Positions 23,171-36,882 of a DNA stretch of 64,000 nucleotides are shown here, piece by piece; within the stretch, counting starts at the first letter, position 1; each line of letters starts with the position of its first letter. A program made the position numbers and the translations under genes. The notes below the pieces were generated by a model, which was not told the origin of the DNA, ran no database searches, and worked only from the letters and a program-made list of their open reading frames with translations. The stretch covers positions 77,972,560 to 78,036,559 of the forward strand of contig NC_057711.1 in the NCBI RefSeq assembly GCF_004010195.1, in the 5' to 3' direction. The stretch comes from Chiloscyllium plagiosum (Eukaryota).

Positions 23171-25059
23171 ACTCCGGTTTGACCTGGAATCGATTTCTAA
23201 AAAGACTGTTCATCTCTTGCATGGGTGGGTCTTGACCAGTCCAGCAGTGAAAATCATTCTATAGCACGCATTTGAACACTGAAAGTTTATCTACAATGAT
23301 GTTTTACCCATGCCAACTGTATACCCTGTGTAAACTCTCCTCTTCCTCTGCCTCCCACTATGCCTAAGTGCAATCAAAACCTCCACAAAGGTGCATAGAA
23401 AGCTGGCTGTGTAGTTCACCCTTATGGTCTCAAGGACTTGGACAGTCCCTGATGCATTTGGGCCTTGAGAGCCGAGGTCTTTTTCTTAGATGCAGGCTCA
23501 TCACCTCAACTTGAACTTCTGCCTCTTTGGAATAACAGGCAAAGGAGTAGATGGTGGGGCACTTGGAGTGAGTTTGAGGTCTTTCATCCTCTTCTCACTT
23601 TGCCATTGATCTTGAGACCTATGACGAGAGCAGTGGAGTGCAGCTCCTTGCTAATATTTAGAAGTGTGTGAACTGGGTCTAGATGTTCAAGGGTGTCACC
23701 AACCTGTCCATGGATGTAGCCAGATGGCATGTCTGCCAGAGACAGCACATTACTGGTAACATCAGAGACTTCTCCATCCTTCAGTATAACTTGGAGTGCC
23801 TCTGACAAACCTGCCTGCTGTTCTTGTTTCTGTGTGTGCATTTTGACCAAGTCATTAATGACTGAAACTGAGGGCTCATCTGCCCAGGACTGAGCAAGAA
23901 ATTGATCTCCTCCAACCTCCTAAGTGCCAAACAGCCTGGGGCATTTCTTCTCCAGCCTTTGCAGAGATGTGTCTGTTATGTGCTCAGAATATTCCCCCAC
24001 ATGTCTAATCTAGAAAATGTGCCCACCGAGGTGATAGTTCACTAGAGGTGCAGATGAAAGCCTTGTTCGTGCATTCTGAGGGCTCAATAGCTTCCTCCTC
24101 AGTGTTGGAGGTGAAGCAGATGGATATCTAACACTGGCCTTTTTATAGAGCATTGATGGGTGGTGCTGTTGCCTGCGTCAGTCAAGAGATGGAATTAGCT
24201 ATCTAAGAGGAATAAAAGCTTGTTAATTTTTGGCATGAGGTAACAGTGGAGGTAATTGGAGAGCAAAACAGCTCTGTACAGTACAGTGAAGCTTACCATG
24301 TTGTTTGCCTACTGAGGTCTCCCCATCCTCACATGAACAGTTGTATACTTCTCTGGCTTATTCAAGTGTTTACTCCTCATATGAAACGGAGCTGACCCCT
24401 GCCAACTACCTTTGCCCAGTAATGAACCAGTCTTACCTTCTATGATACAAAGGGAGATGTTGAATATGATGGGAATGGATGGATGAGAAATTAATAATGA
24501 TGTATGAACAGGGGAAATGGTGAGGTATCCCTAGTGAGAAAGTAGGAAGCACAGGGGACAGGAATGGTGATAAGTTCAAGAGAATGATGTGTGTGAGGGC
24601 GGTAGTGGACATGATGCATACAATAGTCCCAAGAATATGGGGTAAGCCATTTAGGACTTGAAAAGGGAAAGGTCTCCCCTCAGCACCTCATCCACCAGAA
24701 TTACTAGGTCCCTCTCTGCAAAGCAGGATAGGAGCTTTCCTTTCTATCTCATAATGATTAAGCACCACAGTGACAGGGCCGTTCTTGTTTTTTGTAGCAT
24801 CTAAATTGATGTGCCACTGGGCTAAAAAGAAAATGGTGCAGTGGATGAGCACTAGAAGATCACAGCAGGGACAGTGCTTCCACCATTCTTCCGGAAAAGG
24901 CACCAAATAACCTGGCTGCCTGCTTAATGAGATGCAAAGTGGAAAATTGTGAGAGGAAAATCATTCCAAACCATGGCACACTGGAATCTCATTCAACAAT
25001 ACAATTGACTGCAAATGAAAAAAGTTTGCCTGTTATGTTTTGCTTTCTGCCTCCCTCCT

Positions 25060-25750
25060 TGCTTGAATTGCAGTGTTATATGTAGGATTGGTCTAATATG
25101 ATAGGACTTTCTAGAATCTAGGGAATTCTGGAAAATTATGATAAATGGATATGTTTTAAGACCTGAGCAGGCAGGCCATCAAATCCAGGATTCCTGAACC
25201 TTTAGTGTCATATGTTTGCCAAGTATTTTTATCTCTAATTATAATGACTATTGCAAGATCCTCCCTCTCTTTGGGACCCTCATTTTCTAACATAACTGAT
25301 TGTTTTGCCATGAAAATGGATCTAAAACAAATTTCTTCAGAGTCTGTCATTTACTTGTTTTCTGTTAATTTTTCATACTCAAAGAGCCCACCTTTTAGCT
25401 ATTTAGTCTATTTCTAAATGCTTATAGGAGCTTACACGTTTTATACTTATTGCTTGTTTACACTCTCAATTTGTTTTCTCCTTTTTAGTCATTGTTAGTG
25501 AATTCTAAAATGTCCCTAATTTTCTGATCTTTCCCTAGTTTCCTCGAGATTGCATTCCTCATCTTTGATTTTGACGCCATCCTTTCAACGTCTATAGCAA
25601 TGGATTGGCTCATCTTTATAGTCTTTCCTTCCCAATGTAATGTACCTTTGGGAATTATTAATAAGTCCTCAAATGTCTGGCACTGCCTATCTAGAGCTTG
25701 CTAATCTATTTTTACAGTCCTCTTTAGCTAACTGTCTTCACAGCTTCAGC
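25060..25750 (-). mobile_element. Old CR1 LINE ORF2 (EN-RT linker) remnant
   Basis: tctagaatctagggaattctggaaaatt and ORF 25156..25350 resemble the CR1 linker region. Confidence 0.5.
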
Positions 25751-26597
25751 CTTTACTTTAAATTCAAAGAGCAAAAGATTTAAGTTGCTTGACAATGCCA
25801 AAGGCTATCTCTTTTTAAATCGTACATTTCAACTCTTTCACAATCCCAACAGGCTTCCTGACATCTCCAAAGAACCTGGGCGAGTTTTGACCCTCCGCTC
25901 AAATTTTCAAATCCCATGATGAAGTTTGTTCCTCCTTCAGAAGGCAACTACAGTTTTAAATGTGGATGTAAACAACATCCATTTCTTTCTGTCTGTCTTG
26001 CACACTGTCAGTCACACATGCACGCACAAAAATGATGGGAGTGCAGTACTTCTGAATTCGGGCTCAGGTGTTGTTTTGGGTAAGATGTGGAGCCTGATAC
26101 TACATCAGGCCAGCACATTTTTAATGGAAAATAACATTCTTTTCATTTCTTGTGCAAACTGTGATTGTAATTAATTTTCACCCAATTGTACTTTATATAA
26201 TTATACTACATACAGGAGGTGCCTGATTTATTATTATACTTGAGAGAATCTCTTGCAGAATAACGTCAAAGCCCATTGATTCAAATGATCCAATTGACAC
26301 TTCAAATCTTGTAAGAATTAAGGGACTCTCCACAAAGTTAAATTCTAGAGAAGAATGCATCATATCAAGGTTCCAGGAGTGCTTGTCATTACATATAACC
26401 TGACTCTGAAATTCAGGTCAAATTAGTCAAAATGAAAATTGTCTAAGATTTTCTGTTAGACTGTTTTATGGGGCAACAAAAACTACATATTCGAGCTTCT
26501 GACCATTACTGCCAGAATTACTTGATAGCATTTCAACATTGTTGCCAAGAGTTTCATTAATTATCATTTTCTTGTGTTAATGTTTATGTTCTTGTAG

Positions 26598-26740
26598 CTA
26601 CATTTGAGCTTCTCCATTAGTTCTGGAGGTGAAGAAAGTAACAAACAACAAGAAGCAGAACTGATCCCAGTGCAATCTCTGAACCTGTTGCTGAAAAGCA
26701 TTGGAGCAACTCTCACTGACGTACAAGATGTTGTCTTCAA
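26598..26740 (+). CDS. VPS13A: VPS13A coding exon 8 of window (143 nt): LHLSFSISSGGEESNKQQEAELIPVQSLNLLLKSIGATLTDVQDVVFK
   Basis: Acceptor ttgtag|CTA, donor CAA|gtatgt; overlaps ORF 26604..26822. Confidence 0.96.
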
Positions 26741-27324
26741 GTATGTGAATTACTTGCATGATTTTGTAATTATTCAGTGTACATTATTGAAACACACTAA
26801 GGATTGCAATAGTGGCTTTTGAATACAAAATCAAACAATGTATTACTTAGTGAAAACATTTAACAGCTTGCAAATTCACAGTGCACCTTCTAGGACTTGA
26901 CTATGTATTACCTAGACTGATGTTTTGTACAGAAGTTAGAGAGGTCTGCAATGCTTGAGGGTACCGTTGTTTTCTCGGCTGACGTTATTGTGTGGTACTG
27001 AGAGACAACTTCACTACTTGAAGGTACTATGTTTCAAACATTAAGCTGAAGCACGCCTGTTTATTAATGTGAGTTCAAAGTATTCATTGCAAAATTCAAA
27101 CAAATAAAGTCCAGCATACCTTTGTCCCTTAGGTTAATCTCTCAAAAACTTCCTTTAATTATACTGTTATTTGTTTAAAATATATTGACACACAAAAAAT
27201 TGCTGCTGGAATTTTCCCGTGAAGAAATTTGGTGCATTCTTAAGATACTACTGTTTTCTTTGTCTCTGAGATCTGAGCATTTCTGGCAAGGCCACAATCG
27301 TTACCTATTCATTGTCACATGTAC

Positions 27325-28215
27325 AGTCATAGATATGTACAGCATGGAAACAGACCCTTGGGTCTAACTCATCCATGCAGATCAGATATCCTAACCTAAT
27401 GTAGTTCCATTTGCCAGCCCTTGGCCCATATCCCTTTAAACTCTTCCTATTCGTATACCCATCGAGATGCTTTTAAATTTTGTAATTGTACCAGCCTCCA
27501 CCACTTCCTCTGGCAGCTCATTCCATACATGTACCGTCCTCTGGGTGAAAAAGTTGCCCCTTAGGTCTCTTTTATTTCTTTTCCCTCTCACCCTAAACCT
27601 ATGCCCTCTAGTTCTGGACTCCCCCACCCCAGGGAAAAGACTGTCTATTTACCCTATCCATGCCCCTCATAATTTTGTAAACCTCTATAAGGTCATCCCT
27701 CAGCCTCCGACGCTCCAGGGAAAACATCCCCAGCCTGTTCAGCCTCTCCCTATAGCTCAAATCCTCCAACCCTGGTAGCATCCTTGTAAATCTTTTCTGA
27801 ACCCTTTCCAGTTTCACAACATCTTTCCGATAGGAAGGAGACCAGAATTGCATGCAATATTCCAATAGTGGCCTAACCAATGTCCTGTACGGCCGCAACA
27901 TGACCTTCCAACTCCTGTACTCAATACAGTGACCAATAAAAGAAAGCGTACTAAACGCCTTCTTCACTATCCTATCTACCTGCGTCTCCACTTTCAAGGA
28001 GCTATGAACCTGCACTCCAAGGTCTCTTTGTTCAGCAACACTCCCTAGAACCTTGCCATTAAGTGTATACATCCTGCTAAGATTTACTTACCCAAAATGC
28101 AGCACCTCGCATTTATCTGAATTAAACTCCATCTGCCACTTCTCAACCCATTGGCCCATCTGGTCAAGATCCTGTTGTAATCTGAGGTAACCCGCTTCGC
28201 TATCCACTTCACCTG
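27325..28215 (-). mobile_element. Young CR1 (HER1-like) LINE, 5'-truncated
   Basis: ORF 27608..28072 EQRDLGVQVHSSLKV...TLVRPLLEYCMQFWSPSYRKDVVKLERVQKRFTRMLPG; 3' UTR present. Confidence 0.93.
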
Positions 28216-28219
28216 CAAT

Positions 28220-29480
28220 GGTCATTCAGACCTCAGAGTCAGCTCCACCATGTATGATCACAGCTGATCATTCAACTTAATTGTCTGTTCCCATTTCTTT
28301 CTCTCCTTCATGTCCTTTGATCCCTTTTGTCCCTAGTTGTGATCTCCAACTCCTTTTTGAAACCATGCAGTGTTTTGGTGCTGACTGCTTCCTGTGGTGG
28401 CACATTCCAAAGGCTCACCACTGTCTGGGCGAAGACATCTTTCTCAGTCCTAACGTGGGTTTAACCACATTCTTAGACTCTGGTCTCTGGTTGTGGACCA
28501 TCTCTTGCATCTACCCTGTCTAACCCTGTCAGAATTTTAGACGTTTCTATGAGATCCCCTATTCTTCTAAACAGAAGTGAATATAATCCAACTGATTCAA
28601 CCTCTCAACAGTCAGCCCTGGTGTGCCAGCAATCAGTCCTGGAAGTCTTGGCTGTACTGCTTCCTCAACAAAGGAGACCAAAACTGCACACTGTATTCCA
28701 GGTATGGTCTTACCAAGGCCTTGTATAATAGCAACATATACCTGCTCCTGTACCCAAATTCTTTATGAACATACCATTTGCCTTCTTCACCACCCACTCC
28801 ACCTGCTTGCTTACTTTAAGCAACTAGTGTAAAAGGACACTGAGATCTCATTGCAAATTCTCCTGTCAATTTATAGCCAGATGTAAGTCTTCCTGTTTTT
28901 GCTACCATGTCGATGACATCACATTTAATTGACATTACGCTTCATCTGCCATGCATTGCCACTAGGTCTGCATCCTCCTCACAACTTACCATCCTACCAA
29001 GTTTTGTCATCTGTAAGTTTGGAGATTATTACATTTAGTTTCCTCATTTAGTAAATCATTTATATATATCAATAGCTGAGGTCCTGGCATTGATCCTTGC
29101 AGCATATGCCTACCATTCGGAAAACAAACCATTTTTTTCCTCTATGGTATTGTTACGAGTTTGATTTGCCCAATATGTATGTTGATAAAAGTCATAATGA
29201 CAGGTGTTCCTTTATTACATGCACCTCTAATCTCCTGTTTAATACCATTGCCATCACCCCCTACTGCTTGGAGGTCTATATACAACCCACATTAGCCCCT
29301 TTTCTGAGCTCTACCCATTCAGATCACACATCAGAGCCAATATCCTTCCTCAATAATGTGTTAATTTCCACTTGAACCATCAATGCAAATCCACCGCCAT
29401 TTCCTTTTTGTCTGTTCTTCCTCAAAACTGAATACCCTGAATGTTCAGTTCCGATTCCTGGTCACCCTCCAGCCATATCT
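28220..29480 (-). mobile_element. Older CR1 LINE fragments (3' ORF2 and endonuclease remnants)
   Basis: ggagaccaaaactgcacactgtattccagg..ggtcttaccaagg; ccacattagcccctt..., cctgaatgttcag. Confidence 0.65.
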
Positions 29481-29592
29481 CCCCAGTTTGCAATGAGAAT
29501 TTGCAATGTCCCAACTCGATTATTTTTCACTGTGGCCCTGTTTAATGTTGGCTGTTGATTTTGCTTCTTATCACTTTTCTCATTCCCTTTCT

Positions 29593-30390
29593 TATAAGAG
29601 ACCATAAGACATAGGAGCGGAAGTAAGGCCATTCGGCCCATCGAGTCCACTCCACCATTCAATCACAGCTGATGGGCATTTCAACTCCACTTACCCGCAT
29701 TCTCCCCGTAGCCCTTAATTCCTTGTGACATCAAGAATTTATCAATTTCTGCCTTGAAGACATTTAGCGTCCCAGCCTCCACTGCACTCTGCGGCAATGA
29801 ATTCCACGGGCCCACCACTCTCTGGCTGAAGAAATATCTCAGAATTTCTGTTCTGAATTTACTCTCTCTAATTCTAAGGCTGTGTCCACGGGTCCTAGTC
29901 TCCTCGCCTAACGGAAACAATTTCCTAGCGTCCACCTTCTCCAAGCCATGTATTATCTTGTAAGTTTCTATTGGATCTCCCCTTAATTTTCTAAACTCCA
30001 ATGAATACAATCCCAGGATCCTCAGCCGTTCCTCATATGTTAGACTTTCCATTCCAGGGATCATCCTTGTGAATCTCTGCTGGACACGCTCCAGTGCCAG
30101 TATGTCCTTTCTGAGGTGTGGGGACCAAAACTGGACACAGTACTCCAAATGGGGCCTAACCAGAGCTTTATAAAAGTCTCAGTAGCACAACGGAGCTTTT
30201 ATATTCCAACCCTCTTGAAATAAATGACAACATTGCATTTCTTAATCACGGACTCAACCTGCATGTTTACCTTTAGAGAATCCTCAACTAGCACTCCCAG
30301 ATCCCTCTGTACTTTGGTTTTACAATTTTTTCACCGTTTAGAAAGTAGTCCATGCTTGTATTCTTTTTTCCAAAGTGCAAGACCTCGCAC
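29593..30390 (-). mobile_element. Young CR1 LINE of a second subfamily, 5'-truncated
   Basis: ORF 29681..30148 EYCVQFWSPHLRKDILALERVQQRFTRMIPG...TRTRGHSLRI; ataagac tail repeats. Confidence 0.93.
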
Positions 30391-31139
30391 TTTTACTATC
30401 ATTTCTAATATATTTTAGTCTTTAATTCATCATCTTCTGGCTCCGTGCATAGGTTCCCATCTCCCTGTCAAAGTCTCCCCACACACACTAGCAAATCCTC
30501 TAGGACATCAGTCCCAGTCCTGCCCAAGTCAAAACTTGGCAACTTGAAAATGCCCTGAGTGTGCATTCATTTTCTGGGAAGCCAGGAATACACCAAGTGA
30601 TTCCCCTTCATGTGCTAGTAGGGCACGTCTTCAAAAACCTCCACTAAACCTGTCAATCTGTATTTTCTTTTGTAAGATCAAGTAAATTGGTTATTATACT
30701 AGACCTTAAATGTATTGTTAGGATTTTCTTCATAATAGATGTCAATATTTACCCCCAATGTCTAATATTCCAAGTTCTTGATTGGCTCGAACAGGAGCTT
30801 TCTATTCACTTACTTCCAATCTGATAGAACCAGTTGCAAAGTTAAAAATATTGTTAAAATGACTACACACTCTGCATAGCTCAAAATGAAGCCTTAAACA
30901 CAAGATTTTTGAAGGCGTCTTTGAAGAATTTTAGATTCAAGATTTCAAAGCTGCATTCAGAGTTTGAATTTCTAAAGTTTTTGAATTTTTTTTAAAAATC
31001 ATTTTGCTTTCCATCTCTTTTACCAAATCATCTTTCAGAACATAGCAGAGTCAAAACACTATTTGACATACCAAATCACCCTGAAAAGTTGTTCCTTGCC
31101 TTTATCAGATCCTGGGTCAGACTTGCAATGCAAAAATTT

Positions 31140-31510
31140 ATTTTCTAATTTTTTGTGGATTGTGGGATTCGCTGGCTGGCCAGCATTTATTGTCGGTCCT
31201 TTGTTATCCTTGAAAAGGTGGTGGTGAGCTGCTTTCTTTAACTGCTGCAGTCTACCTGTTGAAGGTTGACTGACCCACAATGCCATTAGGGAGAGAATTC
31301 CAGGATTTTGACCCAGTATCAGTAACGGAATGATATCCTTCCAAATCAAGGTAGTGAGTGGCTCAGTGGGGAATTTGAAGGTGGTAGTGTTCCCACATAT
31401 CTGCTGCCCTTGTCCTTCTAGTTTGTGGGTTTAGAAGTTGCTGTCTTAGGATCTTCAGTGAATCTCTGTAGTACATCTTGTGGATAATACGCGTTGCTGC
31501 AACTGAGATT
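31140..31510 (-). mobile_element. L2/CR1-group LINE 3' end
   Basis: tgtgggattcgctggctggccagcatttattg...ggtggtggtgagctgc. Confidence 0.65.
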
Positions 31511-31554
31511 GGGTGGTGGGGGGGGAGGAGATGCTTGTGGATATGGTGCCAATC

Positions 31555-32245
31555 TTGAAGATACAGTGAAAAGTGTTTTGTCACCACAATCCAACATCAT
31601 TTTGAGGTACAATTAGGATAAAGAGAAATTATGTAAATAAGAGTTCATCCTCAGTTCAAATGGGGGTCTCAAGCATGGCTTCAGGGCTTCTACAAGGTCC
31701 CTGCGAGGCATTCTGGTCCTCAGTGAGTCCTGCTCTGGGAACAGCAACAGTGAAGCTGATGGCCCAAGAGACTCAGGCTCTGCTGCTGCTGTCTTGCTGA
31801 CACTGCCAAGGTCTTCAGGCCTACAGCTATCAGGAATCTCCCCTTCTCTGAGCTCCAGGCCTACCACTGCCCCCAAGAATCCAGGCTCCAGGCCAGCTGC
31901 CTCCAGGGGTTCCACTCCAGACACTACTATCATCAAGAGCATGGTCTCCAGGCCTACTGTTGCCGCCAAGAGTCCCACCTTCTGGAGTCCCCTTTCCAGA
32001 TGTCACCACTGCCAGGAGGTCAGGCTCAGAGCCTACCATTGCTGTGAGTGCAGGCTCCAGGCACCACAGCCAAGAGTCCCAGTCCACGCTGCTGATGCTG
32101 CACCCACACCCTGCTGACACCACTCCAACTTCTGATGATGAAGAGAGGAAGACAAGATAAAAGGTGAAAAGTACATAGAGAAAATGATGCCACTGGCCTG
32201 GAGCGGATGGGCTCCGATGACCTATTGATCTGTGCCATCTTGGTT
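31555..32245 (-). mobile_element. Putative non-autonomous element with degenerate GC-rich internal repeats, related to 2218-3640
   Basis: Minus strand starts CCAAGATGGC; tail cctaattgtacctcaaaatg...ggtgacaaaacacttttcactgta resembles 3526-3587. Confidence 0.45.
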
Positions 32246-33719
32246 TTTCAATGGTGATGGTTTCTAGGAGATTGGCAGTCACTTTGTTGTTGCTCATAGC
32301 AACTGCTTGCAACCAAAATCATTCTTCCTTATATTAAGTCTACAAGTGAGTATGCCTTATAATTTAATCATTTTTGACTTTTCTAACCTATTAAAAACAA
32401 GCAGTGGTATTGCTTTGGGGAACTCAAATAGACACCACAGCAATGTAGCTATCTTTTGACAATTTTGTATTAATTTTCTAACAAGAGCCAAGATTCAATA
32501 AACCGTTGTGTTTAATGAATAATAGAGTTCTGCTTAAATCAAAATAGGAATGTCCATTTTTATTCTTTTGTCTCTTTTGATCTCTTCTAACCAAAAGTCC
32601 ATTGGTCTGACGTTGCTCTCGCCTCTCAAAAAGTCAGAAACCAAGTCAAACAATGCTAATAAATGATTTAAAACATGCAAAATAAGGTTTTAAGAATCTA
32701 AGATTATAAGAATATAAAAGATACTATTGGTTAAAGGGTACTTGAAACCAAAATTAACTTGAAGCAAGAACAGTCATAAGGAAAGAAAAGAGAGATAAGG
32801 AAGCAGAAGTCTAAAGTTTACTTCTCATGCCAAGTGCAAGATCTTACCTTTGGGTTTTGGACTGTGTTGTAAATATTAAATGGGAGTCAGAGACCCATGC
32901 TGTTTGAGAAACAAATATTCACTGTAATTTTCCCAAAATTGAAGAATTGCTGTCCAATTTAGAATAGTGGTCGGCACTCAAAGACAACAGACCAATTGGA
33001 GGCCCTCTAGCACTTGAAAAAATAACTGGTTTCTGATGTAAATGAAGGAAAATGCAAGAGGACCATGGAGAGACCTTTCTCCAACGTTTCTTCTTTTACA
33101 ATAAGAAAAAGTACCTTTAGCAACTGGACCAGTACTGTAACTGAAGCCAGTTGGGGAGAGACTGCAATCCCGCCTGGAGTCCAAGTTCCATGCATACTTC
33201 CAGAGATGACCTCTGGGTAGCCACACTTTTCCCTACTAACTATGGGACCAAGACACAAAGTAGGACATTCCAACCAGCCTCCAATTATTGACCATAACAG
33301 ACCTTTAAATAGCTACACTTTTTGGTTGAGTCTTCCCATTCCCAATCGTCCTCCACTGGTAATTCCCCCAAGAGTAGGATCAGAATCTGGGAACTGGATC
33401 TGACTGAATTTATTACCCACCTGCCTATTTCTCTGGTTGCCCTATTGTGACAAAAACATTCATTCCTAAATAGCTTTCTGTGTACTGGAGTGTACTGGAA
33501 AAATATTGTCCACACGTATAGTTAAAACCTACTTGCTTTCAATCCTTTGTAGTAATTTAGAGGTTAGTTTGTGTTTTGCAATCTCTACCAGAGAGCTATG
33601 GTAATTGCGAAAGATTTTGAAGTTTTAAATCTTTTCATCACAAGTTTGTGTCGCTTAACATTTTACAAGATAGATAAATAAATCTTGTGCTTAATATTCA
33701 AATAATCGATTCCTTGCAG

Positions 33720-33801
33720 GCTTGCATTTTTTGAAATCCGTTATCAGTTTTATACTACACAACAACTTCAGTGGGAGGTACTCCGACATTACTCCAAGCA
33801 G
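33720..33801 (+). CDS. VPS13A: VPS13A coding exon 9 of window (82 nt): LAFFEIRYQFYTTQQLQWEVLRHYSKQ
   Basis: Acceptor ttgcag|G, donor CAG|gtatgt. Confidence 0.95.
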
Positions 33802-33905
33802 GTATGTACAATATTTCAGGTGCAGTTTTAAATATTATTAATAATCCCCAGTACAAGTAGTTATAATAATTTGTTTTCAAACAATTTCTGATTCTCCCCC
33901 TCTAG

Positions 33906-34019
33906 GCAATCAAGCAATTGTATGTGCTTGTTCTTGGACTAGATGTCTTAGGCAACCCTTTTGGTTTAATCAGAGATCTATCAGAAGGAGTTGAAGCCTT
34001 TTTCTATGAACCTTATCAG
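33906..34019 (+). CDS. VPS13A: VPS13A coding exon 10 of window (114 nt): [38 protein letters not shown]
   Basis: Acceptor ctctag|GCA, donor CAG|gtcaga; conserved VPS13 LGNP...FYEP motif. Confidence 0.97.
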
Positions 34020-34964
34020 GTCAGATTTCAAGATTTCAATTTATAAACTACTTAATACATAAGCTCTTTAAGTAAATCAAATGTAATTTACAAGATGTAT
34101 TATTTTGTGTGCAAAATTCTATACACAGCAAATCAGTGATGTTTTTTGTCAAATTTAGGTAGTATGTGCTAGCTTTTTTAAGGTCTGTGACTAGAAGATG
34201 ACTCTATCCTTTATCATTGGATTTATTGCATTGTGATGCATTATCTTTTCTTATCATTTGAATTGTATTTACCTTTTGAAAATTAAGAAATAATTTAAGC
34301 ATTTTATGAAATAACTGCATCAAATTTTATATGGTGCATTGTTACAATGACATTATAGTCTTAACAGAAAATTCACTGAAGATTATCACATCTTATCCTT
34401 AATTAAACCTCCCCAGCTGGCTACAACAGTGTCAGTGAGGCTGTAATCGCACATTGATCTGACCATCTCCTCCTCTGCACCCCCATTTCAGATTTTCCAC
34501 CTTTGTCCTACCAGGCGGACTAGGACGCAGGTCAGGGTTATTGACCTGAGGGAGTTTTTAAAAAATCAAATTGGCGTCATGCAGGAAGGCTATAAGTTGA
34601 TTGTCTGGTGAGAATTGACCACTTTTTTCCCTTTTACCAAAGTTAGGGAGTTACTCTAAAGAGCTAGGGAGCATGGGGACAGAGTAGTAATGTTACTGAG
34701 TTTATAATCCAAGCGGTTGGGCTAATGATTTGGTGGCATTGGTTCAAATTCCATTATAGAATCTTGTGGAATTTAAATTTAAGCAACTAATTAAAATTGA
34801 AGTAATGAAGACAACCATTCATTGGAATGGTAGAGGGGAGGCCCTGGACACAGTCACGGTACTAAAAAAAGTACAAGGGGAGGATGAGTGGACACTAGAT
34901 AGGATAGCTTGAAGAATAGAGAAAAAGTCTGAATGACATTACAGCAAAGTCATACCATGTTGAG

Positions 34965-36560
34965 CAGAGGTGATGAGGGGAAGGCAGGTGATGTGGTGCA
35001 CATGGACTTCCAAAAAGCCCTTGATACAGTGCTGGTATGAAGGGCTTATCATGAAAAACATTTGAGGACTTTGGGTTTGTACTTGATGGAGTTTAGAAGG
35101 ATGAGGGGAGATCTCATTGAAACTGATAAAATACAGAGATCTATTGATAGAGTGGACTTGGAGAAGATGTGCCTACTAGCAGGGGAGGCTAGGATGGAAG
35201 GGCAAAGCCTCAGAGTGAATAGATGACCCTCTGAAACTGAGACAAGGAAGAATTTCTTCATCCAGAGTGTGGTGAATCTGTGGAACTCAGTGCTGCAGAA
35301 GGCTGTGGAGAGCAAGGCATTGAGTGTATTTAAGAAAGACAGACAGGTTCCTAATTAGTAAGTGATCAAGGATCAAGGGGGAGAAGACAGGAGAATGGGT
35401 TTGAAAAACTTATCAGCCATGATTGAATGGCAGAGCAGACTTGATGGATTGAATGGTCTAATTCTGCTCCTATATCATATGGTCTTATAGCCACAGACAT
35501 GATTGTACAGAAAGTTGTAAATCCTTGAATAAAATCAACAGAGACAATATAGACACAAAAATTCCTGAGGCATGAGAAATAGAGTGATAGTTAATGGATT
35601 TCTTCTGTGCTGGAAGATGGTTTATTGTGGAGGCTCAGAATGGGAACTCCTGCTTTTCCTTAGATATGTAAATGATGTAGACATTGGTGTGCAGGTGACA
35701 ATTTCAAAGTTTGTGGATGGCACAAACTTTTGAGGATTGTGAACTGAGGAAGACAGTACAAATTTTCCAGAGGACATTGACAAGTTGGTGGATTGGACAG
35801 TTAGGTAACAGATGAAGTTCAGTGTGGAGAAGTTTGTGGTGATTGACTTTGATGCAAAGAACATGGAGACAGTATAAAACAAAGGGTGTTATTCCAAAGT
35901 ATATGCAGGAGAATGAGTCATTACAGGTGGCAGGACAGATAGAGAACGTGGTTAATAAATCATACAGTATTCTAGGCTTCATAAAAAGGGGCATAAAGTA
36001 TAAGAGCAGGGCAGTTGTAATGAACATGTAGAAGACACTGGCTGCACCTCAGCTGAAGTATTATATATATAGTTCTGTGCGCCACACTGTAGGATGGATG
36101 TAAATCAGTTGGAGAGAGTGTCGGTGTCCCTTATGAGAAAGTTCCAGGGTTCATATACTTCAGTTTTGAAGAAAGTTTGACTCTGTTTACCTTTGAGATA
36201 AAGCTAGGAGGAGATTTGATAGAAGTTTACAAAATTGTGACAATGTCAATAAGGTAAACTGTTCCTATTCCTAAATGGATAAAGAATCAGAGGGCATGTT
36301 TCAAGTGTTTTGCAAAGGAAGAAGATGCAAAGTGAGAAAAAAAATTACACAGCAAGCTATTAGAATCTGGAATGCACTGTCAGCAAGTATGGTGGAAGCA
36401 GGTTTGATTGAGACATTCACAAAAGCAATAGATGATTAATTTAATTAGAAACAATGTGCAGGCTTATGGGGAAAAAGCAGGAGAGTGGCACTGTAATAAA
36501 ATGCTGAAAGATCCAATGTGGACACACAAGACCAAATGACCACCACCTTTTCCATAATAG
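34965..36560 (+). mobile_element. Nested CR1 LINE fragments (a second CR1 3' end at ~35035-35490 inside an older RT fragment)
   Basis: MDFQKALD motif at ~35001, KFVDGT at ~35707, two separate 3' UTRs. Confidence 0.7.
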
Positions 36561-36882
36561 TTTAGTGATTCTGAGACCTGGGAAATGAAAGTCTTTTTGT
36601 TTGATAGTAAGGGTTAAATAAATTATTTTGATTAATCTCCCTATACTTAAGTAGAAAAAAGGATAGCGAGTGAGTCTTTGTTTTCCAATAAGTTTTATCA
36701 GCTACTGACCAGTAGAGTTGATCAGAGGTTGCCAGTGGGTATCGTTTATGTCGACTTTCAGAAGACTTTCAATAAGGTCCCATATAAGAGATTAGCATGT
36801 AAAATGAAAGCACATTGAATTGTGGGTAGCGTACTGAGATGGATAGAGAACTGATTGGCAGACCAGAAATAAAAAGAAAAAG

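Noticed and set aside
31613..32312. Cluster of overlapping ORFs
   Set aside because: Low-complexity GC-rich degenerate repeats; open on both strands
34670..34820. Old tRNA-like SINE head (similar antisense trace at ~63400-63530)
   Set aside because: Too diverged to support boundaries or a family
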